This document shows positions 41,105-52,684 of a stretch of 64,000 bases of DNA, in pieces (within the stretch, counting starts at the first letter, position 1; the number at the start of each line of letters is the position of its first letter). A model generated the notes under the pieces. That model was not told the DNA's origin. It worked only from the letters and a program-made list of their open reading frames with translations, and made no database searches. The stretch is from Octopus vulgaris (taxonomy: Eukaryota). The DNA lies in the NCBI GenBank assembly GCA_951406725.2, contig OX597817.1, positions 5,890,001 to 5,954,000 of the forward strand, written 5' to 3'. The position numbers and the translations under genes are program-made.

Positions 41105-41215
41105 TTTGGGTGTTGTGGGTGCTTTTTATGTGCCACCAGCACAGGGGCCAGAAGAGGCTAGCAAACGGCCACGGTCGGTTGGTGCTTTTACGTGCCACCG
41201 ACACGGACACCAGTC
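41105..41215 (-). mobile_element. SINE family D fragment
   Basis: gtgggtgctttttatgtgccacc...ggtgcttttacgtgccacc internal repeats. Confidence 0.7.
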
Positions 41216-41541
41216 AGGTGGGAAGTAACTAAAGAAAGTGTTACTATTATTATTTAAAACAGGGAAGTGATGCACTAAACATGAGCTTTGTAACCAAACT
41301 AGACCACCTCTGGTTGCTTTGCTAATAAATATGAAACAAAGAGGAACAAATTTTAAGATTTGCTTTGTTTTAAACATGTTAGTTCTCATACTTATACAAT
41401 AAACCAACTGCACCATCCTAATCCTCTCCTTCAGCATTTGCAAAGAAGCAAACATGGTAAAGTGTTTTTAGTTTGAAATATACCAAGGACATATTTATTA
41501 ATGAATGATACCAAAGATTACAAAAATTAAAAATAATTGAT

Positions 41542-41948
41542 AGGCGCAGGAGTGGCTGTGTGGTAAGTAGCTTGTTTACCAACCACATGGTTCCGGGTTC
41601 AGTTCCACTGCGTGGCACCTTGGGCAAGTGTCTTCTACTATAGCCTCGGGCCGACCAATGCCTTGTGAGTGGATTTGGTAGACGGAAACTGAAAGAAGCC
41701 CGTCGTATATATGTATATATATGTATGCGTGTGTGTGTTCGTGTATCTGTGTTTGTCCCCCTAGCATTGCTTGACAACCGATGCTGGAGTGTTTATGTCC
41801 CCGTCACTTAGCGGTTCGGCAAAAGAGACCGATAGAATAAGTACTGGACCTACAAAAGAATAAGTCCCGGGGTCGATTTGCTCGATTAAAGGCGGTGCTC
41901 CAGCATGGCCGCAGTCAAATGACTGAAACAAGTAAAAGAGTAAAAGAG
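41542..41948 (+). mobile_element. SINE family A, full length
   Basis: Matches the other family A copies. Confidence 0.92.
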
Positions 41949-42817
41949 AGATTGAATAGTAAGAAGTAATGATATCTTGAAGGTAAATGGAGTAAAAAAA
42001 GTTAGTCATATACAACTAATTATAGAAAGTTATAAACAAAGAAACGAAGGTTCGTGCACGTTGTATCATAACTACAGAAATGCATCTCGTCCGACTTTCT
42101 TTCTTCCAGAACTTTCTGAAAATGCATATTTTTTCTAACGAAAGTTTTCCAAGATACATTTAAGATGGTGTAGATTACAATTACGTCGGTAACTAACAGA
42201 ATATAGTTATAGCATCGGGTTTAACGATTTTGCGTTGTTCGGCCAACGTTGCAGGGGTAAATGCATAAATCGGTGATGATATATGCCATATCAATGCATC
42301 CTCACATTGGTGTGTCTCAAACGAGATATTGGCCTCGACTCTAAGTTAGGCTGTCTGATCTTTCCAATCTGACTGATAAAATCAAACTCTAATAAAGGGG
42401 TCACCATATTTCAATGGCTCAATTAATTATCGCATTATTGGCGTCAGTATGTCTGATTCGAGACTTCAGTGTTATAATTAACAAGACATGTTTCCATTGC
42501 CCTCACCTGCTTGCTTCAACAACAGCTGACTTTGTTAGTTGAAATACAAGCATCAGTGCATAATGAAACAGTAATACGAAGGTATTGCAGAGATAACAGA
42601 TTTCCCAGATTGCAAACCTGCGGGGTTTCGAACCGGGTGGTTTGGGTAACTTCTTTTGATTACAAGTAAACATAATTGATCATCCGAGATCGAATCATCG
42701 AACGAATTAAAAGTCGGCATGTCATCCCTTTCTTGTTGTGTAATTAATTGTTACATATATTAAATCGATATTTATTAAGGAATACCTTACTAATCAAATA
42801 ATTTACTACAGTTTTAC

Positions 42818-42849
42818 CTTTGATCGGTCAATTCATCCGTTTCTAACAT
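42818..42849 (-). CDS. Probable first coding exon of the zinc-finger gene (MLETDELTDQ)
   Basis: ATG at 42849 and a phase-2 donor AG|gtaaaa. The four exons total 1446 bp, or 481 aa plus stop. Confidence 0.6.
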
Positions 42850-43200
42850 TATAAAAGCAAACGGGTGGGACGTCCTCTGCTAATTTGAAAAACGTTCTCT
42901 ATTTCATGTAAAATACAATTTTAAGACACATTTTAGTAAATTCTAAAAACAAAGTTGTGAAAAATATGAGTGAAAATTATGAAAATGTATTACAGATTAT
43001 AATGTAACAATAAATTCTTATACTATTTTGTTTAGATTTTATCTAAATAATTTATAATTTAAAGGTTTTATTTTAACTTTATATACGTAACTAAATGAAT
43101 TATCCTCTTTTCGTTGGTAACTTTCTAACCGGTGCTCAGGCAAACGTTTCGCCTCTGTAGAAAGGGACTGACTGATATGATTTATGGGTAAAAAACAAAA
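42850..43200 (-). promoter_or_regulatory. Likely promoter and 5' UTR of the zinc-finger gene
   Basis: Repeat-free sequence upstream of the predicted ATG. CpG is retained from about 42050 to 43200, unlike the CpG-poor gene body. Confidence 0.35.
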
Positions 43201-43926
43201 AGAAAAACCTGTTGTCGAGAAAATTGAAGTAAGAAAGGATAAAAGACTTATTTTTAAAAAAAAATCAAATAAATCTGAGCATATCTGACCCAATTTAGGT
43301 AAATTAAGGACGTAAATATATCTTAGTGTAAATACACATGATAAATATCTCATGAATGATTAAGGAAAATATAATCACTGTTTTGTTTGAAACTCAGATA
43401 TGGGATCTTAATCTATAAGCAAATAGAATGCCCAGTAATCGAAGATGAAGTAAAATACGAAGAATATAAATTATGTCTTCAGTACCCGAATGGACTGTTT
43501 TCGAACCAAGTATCAACTGTCGCATACAGTGTTCGTTCTAAGCTCTGTTGTTCTTTTTCTTTTACTTGCCCACACGTTCTATAGTTAATAATGTGAAATC
43601 AAATAGAAATTAATTTGCATAGAATTTCTCTTTTAGATGAATTCTGATTTTTTAGTTGAAAAAATGTAAGCGTGTGTTGTATAGTTGTGTATATTTTAAG
43701 AAAAGACATACAAGTGAATTTCTATTGAAACCAAAAAAGGGATGATTGGTTGTATAACATTATATAAAAAGATATATAATGCAATGTGAAGTGTAAATAA
43801 GTGAAACTTGAACAAAATCATAAAAATTTTGTAGCGAGCAATAAACTAATTAAAAAATTTCAAGGGAGGCAACTTTTGCTACTTGCTTCCCTTTGTTTAA
43901 AATTGAGCTTAGGAAAGAATAATATA

Positions 43927-44345
43927 TATTTCTTTACTACCCACAAGGGGCTAAACACAGAGGGGACAAACAAGGACAGGCAGACGGATTAAGTCGATTA
44001 CATCGACCCCAGTGCGTAACTGGTACTTAATTTATCGACCCCGAAAGGATGAAAGGCAAAGTCGACCTCGGCGGAATTTGAACTCAGAACGTAACGACAG
44101 ACGAAATACCTATTTCTTTACTACCCACAAGGGGCTAAACACAGATAGGACAAACAAGGACAGATAGACGGATTAAGTCGATTATATCGACCCCAGTGCG
44201 TAACTGGTACTTAATTTATCGACCCCGAAAGGATGAAAGGCAAAGTCGACCTCGGCGGAATTTGAACTCGGGACGTAACGACAGACGAAATACCGCTAAG
44301 CATTTCGCCCGGCGTGCTAACGTTTCTGCCAGCTCACCGCCTTTT
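43927..44345 (-). mobile_element. SINE family B dimer
   Basis: Two bodies and one head. 14-bp TSD gaaagaataatata at 43913-43926 and 44346-44359. Confidence 0.92.
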
Positions 44346-44871
44346 GAAAGAATAATATAGAATTACTATTGTTTATAGAATGACAAGCTGTGGCGTTCAT
44401 GCTTTCCATGCATGAATTGATAAATTGAAGCACATTTATTTTCTTCTACTGAGCTTATTTTCGTATGTAACCGAGGGTGTTTCCTAACGTGTGTCGTCTC
44501 ATGGTAAGACTGAAGTTACCGTTACCGTGCTTGGAGATTTATAAACCTGTATCTTCAAAGAATCATAGATGAAGAAAGAAAGAGATCCTGGTCATAAATC
44601 CTTGCAATAAAAGAAGATAACGGTGGAACCTATCATAGTTTCAATGATATGATGGCGCGAATTCAATGTTTTTTTGACAATGAAACGTATCAGTTAATGC
44701 TTATTTCAATGCCAGTATTACACAGTTTCATTTATTTTCCATATGCAAGGGAAGAAGGTACTATTAAAAAAAAATCTGTTGGCACAACACTGTTAAGATT
44801 AAGATTATTTTAATGAATGTAGATGGGAGATAACGTAGTTAAAATACATACATACATACATACATGCATAC

Positions 44872-44972
44872 AACAAAATACCCGTTGTTGATGTTGAAAT
44901 TCCAATGAATCTAGGTTAGAAACCGGTTATTTCTCTATTGTCAAGAAATCTTGAAATAAACTGAATAATCAC
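44872..44972 (+). mobile_element. Short retroelement 3' end embedded in (CATA)n
   Basis: Ends cttgaaataaactgaataatc-acatac. The same terminus occurs on the minus strand at ~26612-26640. Confidence 0.5.
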
Positions 44973-44974
44973 AT

Positions 44975-45034
<60 letters not shown>

Positions 45035-45037
<3 letters not shown>

Positions 45038-46025
45038 TAAATTTACAGAAGAACAAAAGACCCAGAGAGGTATATGAACAACAAGCAGGTGTATTAGTTT
45101 GATGCTCGGAAATGGTCAGTGCTAGTGTGTGGAGTGACGTGGAGGTGGTGTGATGTGGTATAGTGGTGTGGGGTCTGGAGATGTGAGGGTGGGGTGTTAG
45201 TGTGGGATGAGGATGTGGGAGTGGAGGTGTAGGAGTAGGGTGGGCTATCTGGGAGTGGGATTGGTGGGTGTGGGGTGTAGGGTGTGGATATAGGGAGTGA
45301 ATGTAGGGGTATCAGTGAAGAGAGAAGTCGGGTAAGAGTGAAAAGAGGAAGTAGGTGTCAAAGCAAGAGAGGTGAGAAGAGGTGGGTAGGAGTGAAGAGA
45401 GGAAGTAGGTGTCAGATGAAAAGAGGAGAGGAGGGGAGTCTGATGAAGAGGGGAGGGGATTAAGCCCATGTGACGCAAAGGAGCGAAGAGAGAAGTTTAA
45501 TTCTTATTCTCGGTGAAGGCGGGAGTCCGGATGGCCCCTGTGCAAAGACAACCCGAACACAAACAAGTGTTGTAATGAATGACCGGTAGAGCGGAAATGG
45601 CGCGAGACCGCGTTTGTAAAAAACATAAATCCGAAAGAAGAATCACTCTCTAAGATGTAGAGCAGTATATATTAAAATGGGGAAGGCCGGTTTATGTGAT
45701 TACCTTAGGTTTCCCGTCCATAAAGGGTTTATCTCTCACCTTTTGGAGCAAAGTCTGAGTACAAATTGTAACCTGGACAGCAGAGATGGATTGTAGATAG
45801 GGGTCGAGAAATTTGTGCCTCGGAGAACTGGATATGTGGTTTGCATGTAAGAGGTAATGTGTGGGGTTTCGGTCACAGAAGTTCTGGGATGTTGGGGTAG
45901 AGAAGGAAGAAATGGTAAGGGGCGATGGATCTTATCTTTGCATCATAGAGAAGTGTAGAGTACAACTGTGTGTAGATAGGTCACGGAGCCACTAGGCAGG
46001 AGGTCGAGTCTGAATACTTGCAACA
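45035..46025 (-). pseudogene. Penelope-like element relic (GIY-YIG C-terminus + family E-type 3' end)
   Basis: 45608-45459 translates VSRHFRSTGHSLQHLFVFGL...RLHRE*ELNFSLRSFASHGLN. 45035-45110 matches the family E tail. Confidence 0.75.
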
Positions 46026-46069
46026 GAGTGAACTCCGTCAAAGGCCAGATGGTGGTACTTAATCGGGCT

Positions 46070-46303
46070 TAAGGCGGTGAGCTGGCAGAAGCGTTAGAGC
46101 GCCGGACGAAATGCTTAGCAGTATATCGTCTGTCGTTACGTTCCGAGTTCAAATTTCGCCGAGGTCGACTTTGCCTTTCATCCTTTCGGGGTCGATAAAT
46201 TAAGTACCAATTATGTACTGGGATCGATGAAATCGACTTAATCCGTTTGTCTGTCCTTGTTTGTCCCCTCTGTGTTTAGCCCCTTGTGGGTAGTAAAGAA
46301 ATA
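46070..46303 (+). mobile_element. SINE family B monomer
   Basis: Perfect 16-bp TSD ggtacttaatcgggct at 46054-46069 and 46304-46319. Confidence 0.92.
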
Positions 46304-47251
46304 GGTACTTAATCGGGCTGACCTAGAATACTATATAAAAAGGAGATATATTAAAACAATACCAATAAACAGCACACCCAGACTCTAATAACTACTTTTG
46401 ATTTGGTATAACTATCCAGTCACTAGTCATTCAGTAACTTCACAGCAGTTTCTTACTCAAGCTCCTTTTTGAGTATTTAAGAAAACCATATTATTCTTTT
46501 ATTCTTTTATATGTTTCAGCACCTGAGAGAGAGAGAGAGAGGAGGTGGGGAGAGATACATTAACCCACTTTCTCTTTCCCTCTGAGCCAACACACTAAAG
46601 AACACAAACTCATTTATGGTGTCTTATACGTTCATTATGACAAGAATATATTCATTTACGTTCTTTAAAAGTTTTCCTGTTTTTATTAAATTGTTTAGAA
46701 CCATTCTTTATAAACTCGATTTTTCATCTTTTAACGCAAATAAAAAAGAAATTGTTGATCTAAAATACAGCATTTTAACTTCATCGATATAACCACACCG
46801 TTAAATATTCATTGAAAAGCGTATGGCGGAAGCTATCAGGTGATAGGAAATTCAAGTAGTGAAATGATTGCTAAACTCAGCACAAGACGATTTCCCATTG
46901 AATCGAAATCAATGGCTATTTTCTTGATTCCAGAAATATGCATATCAAACACGAGTTTGATGTGGCTTGAACACAGTGCAGCAACGTAGCGAAAATTGAA
47001 TTAAAAAAAAACCCATAACTAGTATAGTACATTAAAGTCTTGTTGACGAATATTCTTGCAACCATGATTCCTAGTATAATTTCTGAAGGGTTTCTTTTCT
47101 TGCGATTTTGAATATTATTGATGAATTGTATGTTGGTATTCGGTATCTAATATAAATCAAAATATTTTTCTCGAAATCTCGGGTGGAAGAAAATTTAGTA
47201 AATTTTAGTAAACTGATTTTATAGTTTAAGATTACGATTTTAAAGAAATGG

Positions 47252-47676
47252 GTGGCTGTGTGGTAAGTAGCCTGCTTAACAACCACATGGTTCTGGGTTC
47301 AGTCCCACTGCGTGGCACCTTGGGCAAGTGTCTTCTACTTTAGCCTCGGGCCGACCAAAGCCTCGTGAGTAGATTTGGTAGACGGAAACTGAAAAGAAGC
47401 CCGTCGTATATATATATATATATATGTATGTATGTGTGTGTATATGTTTGTGTGTCTGTGTTTGTCCCCCCAGTTATGCACTGTGTCTGTGTTTGTCCTT
47501 GATAACTGATGCTGGTGTGTTTACGTCCCCATCACTTAGCAGTTCGGTAAAAGTGACCGATAGAATAAGTACTAGGCTTACAAATAATAAGTCCTGGGGT
47601 CGATTTGCTCGACTAAAGACGGTGCTCCAGCATGGCCACAGTCAAATGACTGAAACAATTAAAAGAGTAAAAGAGT
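47252..47676 (+). mobile_element. SINE family A
   Basis: Matches the other family A copies. Confidence 0.9.
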
Positions 47677-48689
47677 ACCATTTTCATCCTTAATCTGAAC
47701 ATTTCTTCGAATATGAAACATAACAGATCACTCATAATGATCTGTTACATTGACACAAGACCTGTAATTAAGCGTATGTAGTCATGAATGTAATAGGCCC
47801 CAACATTTGATTTGATCCCAGAAGGACGAAAGGTATAGATAACCTCAGCAGTTTTTGAACTCAAAAACGTAAAGAGCTGGAATATATACTGCAAAGCGTT
47901 GTGTCCTACCCACTACCAATTCTACCAACCTCACCCAATAAGATACCGGCAATAAAAGAAATGGTAAATTATTTCTGTGAAGCATTCATGTATCACAAGC
48001 AACGCACTTAAATTGTGAACAGCAGTTACGTGTGACTTACTGCAAAGTGACCGAAGAACCATAATATGGCAAGTAACTTTCGGTTGGAAACTATGATTAT
48101 AAGTTATGGTTCTAGTACTTAATCGTTAGAAGTTTTGAGTTCCTAACCCCATCTGGCTAACTGATTTATGTTTCCATTGTTAAAGTGAGTTTATGGGATG
48201 TAATGAGTAATTGCGAGAAAGGGAGCAACAGGATAAATTAGGAACCGGAAACTCTTACATACCGTAACTCTTCAGAGATATTAAATACGTAATTTTATGA
48301 TAAATTCCCCTCTGTAAAAAATCTCAGGGTTCTTTTCCATCCTAAAAAATACATAAAATTTCAAGGCTTTACGGAAACATGTTTGTCTCGATAAGAGCTG
48401 TTCTGTTTCTTAAATATACGTATGTCAATATATGTTTTTCGTTGAGTTGTATTAAGTTCTTAAAAGAGTTGAACTTGGTCACTCACAATGCAACAAGACA
48501 TTTTGAGTTAAGAGAGTTCCCAGTGTTTGTAATATGAAGTTGAACTGGTGTGTTCGATTGAGCTATCGATGCACGCACCCAAGTGCGTGTATCTGTTCGT
48601 CTAAAGTATCTTAAATGGAGAATCTTTGGAATATCTAACAAATTCTCAATGTGCCGCTGATAGATTGGATTTGGAGAATCCATGTCAGT

Positions 48690-49600
48690 TTATTTTGCTC
48701 TTTCTCCAACAAACCTAGTATTTCTAGATTTTTATGTAAAATTGTAGGTAGATAGCCTAGTGCACCTATGATGCTAGGTACAAATGAAAATATAAGTCAG
48801 GAAATAAGAGCTGTAAGATCAGCCTGAATTCACGATAAATGTTCTCTTTTCCCCGACTTTTGATAGTACATTCTCATCAGCTGGGCAGCTGACCTCTATA
48901 TTTGCTATATTTATACCGAATTGCTGCTTTTATTGGACCAGTATTCCACCAGTATTCCACCTTTTTAAAGGTGTGAGTACGTGTCTTTTCTGAAATGTAT
49001 TTGATGTTTATGTCAAGGCAATCCTTCCAGCCGATGGCATTGTAAATAGTCTTTGTTACTATACCATGTTTCACGGGCAGATAATATCTCGTAGATATTT
49101 TGGAGTAGCTGCAGATAATGTGGATGACATATTCCATACTGATATAGCAAAACCGACATTTTCAATCATAATGTCGTTTGGTGGTATCTTTGTCTATATC
49201 AGCTATTTAGCATCTATCACTTGTTCCTGGATAGCGAAGGTATATCATTCAAGGTCGGATGTAATGTATCTATCACAGGTCCGAGAGAGGCCTTTCTTCT
49301 TGTCAATGCTATTATTATCTTCTAGCCTACGGCATATTTACCGTACATTGCATTTTGCTGGAATGCTGCCCGCTTCTCCTCCAGGTTTCTATAATGTGGA
49401 TGACATAGTCTCCATACTGGCAGTTATATGCAAAGCCGACCAGTTCTCCAACTCATAATGTCGATTTGGTGGTATCTAATTGTCTATATCAACTTTTACT
49501 GTTCAATTGGTGTTTTTCTGAGTGATAGAATGGGATATTCAAAGGCTGTTTCGACTGCCCATGTGCTTCTTCCGCCATCGCTTCGGCTCACATAGATCCT
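48690..49600 (-). pseudogene. R4/Dong-type (restriction-like endonuclease) LINE relic
   Basis: CCHC region (KCRLC...HII.C...YYLPVKH), VEYWWN and FVPSIIGALGYLP. The CCHC block appears twice. Confidence 0.7.
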
Positions 49601-49641
49601 ATCGGTGTCGCACTTGATGCGGAATTTGCTAGTGGTGGTTC

Positions 49642-49672
<31 letters not shown>

Positions 49673-49742
49673 TGTATGTATGTATGTATGTATGTATGTA
49701 TGTATGTATGTATGTATGCATGTATGCATGTATGTATGTATG

Positions 49743-50395
49743 TCTCTTCTATTTTTTTATTATTATTATAAATCTTTCACTAAGGAGGGAACTGGTTTCC
49801 AACAAAGATGCAAGGCTCCATCTTTGGGATATAGTTAGCACAGACAAATTCACATTTGGAACCTGAGAAAAGTTTTGCATATTTTTACTGTTCCACACAT
49901 ACATTGGACTTGTAATGTATGAATCAACCGGTCAGTTTCTCTTTCTGAATATCCCAGTTTATACAGATTCTCCTTTATGTATGTATGTATGTATGTATGT
50001 ATGTATGTATGTATGTATGTATGTATGTATGTATGTATGTATGTGTTTATGTATGTATGTATGTATGTATGTATGTATGTATGTATGTATGTATGTATGC
50101 ATGTATGCATGTATGTATGTATGTATGTATGTATGTATGTATGTATGTATGTATGTCTCTTCTATTTTTTTTGTATTATTATTATAAATCTTTCACTAAG
50201 GAGGGAACCGGTTTCCAACAAAGATGCAAGGCTCCATCTTTGGGATATAGTTAACACAGACAAATTCACATTTGGAACCTGATGAAAAGTATGTTGCATA
50301 GTTTTACTGTTCCACACATACATTGGACTTGTAATGTATGTATCAACCGTCAGTTTCTCTTTCTGAATATCCCAGTTTATACAGATTCTCCTTTA
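49743..50395 (-). mobile_element. Two copies of an RLE-LINE 3' end (49743-49977 and 50156-50395)
   Basis: Copy 1 encodes KENLYKLGYSERETDRLIHTLQVQCMCGTVKICKTFLRFQM* plus a 3' UTR. Each copy is flanked by (CATA)n. Confidence 0.75.
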
Positions 50396-50555
50396 TGTAT
50401 GTATGTATGTATGTATGTATGTATGTATGTATGTATGTATGTATGTATGTATGTATGTATGTATGTATGTATGTATGTATGTATGTATGAATGCATGAAT
50501 GTATGTATGTATGTATGTATGTATGTATGTATGTATGTATGTATGTATGTATGTA

Positions 50556-50935
50556 TCAAAGGGCGGAGGAACTCTTGAGAGTCAACGGCCATCCAATAAA
50601 TGTCTTAAGGCTGTATCATGCGCGGGGACATAGAAATAATCGGACTGAATACCCAATCGCACGGTTAAACCATTGGGAGTGAAGGACTCCTAGCCTTTGT
50701 TTGGGCATCCTTCTAGGAGAAGGTAACTCAGGAAACTGGGATAACTCCGACATAAAACCTGCTGCTCAGTGGTTACCGATGATGTTGACTTGTTCTTCTT
50801 TTCGGATTATGGCTGCTGTTGCTTAGTGAGTAAGCCTTTCCTCACTTTTAAAACATCTTCTTGCACAGGTATTGCACGATAACATTGATTAGGCTTCGTG
50901 TAATGGCCATACTCGATAACGAGGGGGCAGCCACC
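50556..50935 (+). mobile_element. Probable bipartite non-autonomous RTE element with (ATGT)n tail
   Basis: gggcatccttctaggagaaggtaactc...aaacc resembles RTE 5' UTRs. The end atggccatactcgataacgagggggcagccacc runs into ATGT repeats. Confidence 0.5.
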
Positions 50936-51685
50936 ATGTATGTATGTATGTATGTATGTATGTATGTATGTATGTATGCATGTATGTATGTATGTATGTA
51001 TGTATGTATGTATGTATGTATGTATGTATGTATGTATGTATGTATGTATGTATGTATGTATGTATGTATGTATGTATGTATGTATGTATGTATGTATGTA
51101 TGTATGTATGCATGTATGCATGCATGTATACATGTATGCATGCATGTATGCATGTATGCATGTATGTATGCATGTATGCATGTATGTATTATGTATGCAT
51201 GTATGTATGCATGTATGTATGTATGTATGTCTCTATGTATGCATGTATGTATGAGCATGCGCACTCATATCCATAGTTATACGTATTTATAGCAAGCATA
51301 ACTAGTCAGAGAGCAAAATTGTTGCACTGTCAGATATAGAGTCCAGCCTCTCTGAAGCAGGGGATACATATTCATCATGTTTCAATGACATTGCTGCTAA
51401 ACGTGTGGGAATACTACGTTTGTGTTATGATGTATTGGCTAGAAGACAGGTGTTGTCATAGGCTTATGGCCACACTTTGTTTTAGTAATCAAGAAACCAA
51501 AATATTTAGGAAGCGTCTTAATCGATTTTCCTCTTGCTGGTCAGTGTATCGGTGTTTGAGATAAATTAAAATTTCGTTATTCCCCATGGTATTATGTCAC
51601 TGTTTATCCACAACTTTCACTTTCTCTTTTTATTATTTCCACTGGAGTTTCCTTTATCATTCTGTCTCATTCTGCTGTTAAATGC

Positions 51686-51892
51686 TTTACTCTTTACTCT
51701 CTTTTACTTGTTTCAGTCATTTTGACTGCGGCCATGCTGGAGCACTGCCTTTAATCAAGCAACTTGACCCCGGGGCTTCTTCTTTTGTAAGCCCAGTACT
51801 TATTCTATCGGTCTCTTTTGCCGAACCGCTAAGTGACGGGGACATAAACACGCCAGCATCGGTTGTCAAGCAATGCTAGGGGGTCAAACACA

Positions 51893-51970
<78 letters not shown>

Positions 51971-52137
51971 CACGACGGGCTTCTTTTCAGTTTCCGTCTA
52001 CCAAATCCACTCACAAGGCTTTGGTCGGCCCGAGGTTATAGTAGAAGACACTTGCTCAAGGTGCCGCGCAGTGGGACTGAACCCGGAACCATGTGGTTGG
52101 TAAGCAAGCTACTTACCACACAGCCACTCCTGCGCCT
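51686..52137 (-). mobile_element. SINE family A, full length
   Basis: Matches the other family A copies. Confidence 0.92.
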
Positions 52138-52429
52138 AGTCAACAGTTATTAATGCATTTTGTTATCGTGTCCTTTTGTTGCGATATGTTTTGTCTGAAA
52201 AAAAAATCACAGGTAAATAAATAGTCCAGCCTTCAGCATACTTTATTTGTAGCAGAAGCAGACGGGCCACAGGTGTGTTTATGTGCATTTGTTAAAAGAT
52301 AACAACCAGAATGAACATTCCTGTCTTTTGCAGCTGCCAAAGGCCACCGTAATTTGAAACAACTTTGCACAGTAACTATTTGTATGTGCGTGTATATTAA
52401 TGTGTGCATGTGATTGAGAATGTATGCGT

Positions 52430-52442
52430 GTATGTATATGTA

Positions 52443-52476
<34 letters not shown>

Positions 52477-52481
52477 TACAT

Positions 52482-52512
<31 letters not shown>

Positions 52513-52684
52513 CATATATGCATATATATATGCATACATATATATAAATATATATATACATACATATATATACATATATATATATATGCATACATATATA
52601 TACATATATATATATATACATACACACACACACACTTATGTATATATATATATACATACACACACATGTATATATATATATATA
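52430..52684. repeat. Compound (TA)/(CA) microsatellite
   Basis: Read directly from the sequence. Confidence 0.95.

Larger units (their letters stand above)
49623..51255. repeat. (TATG)n array in four blocks separated by three inserts
   Basis: Read directly from the sequence. Confidence 0.97.

Noticed and set aside
44380-44800. Possible PIF/Harbinger relic
   Set aside because: The resemblance is faint, with no TIR or intact motif.
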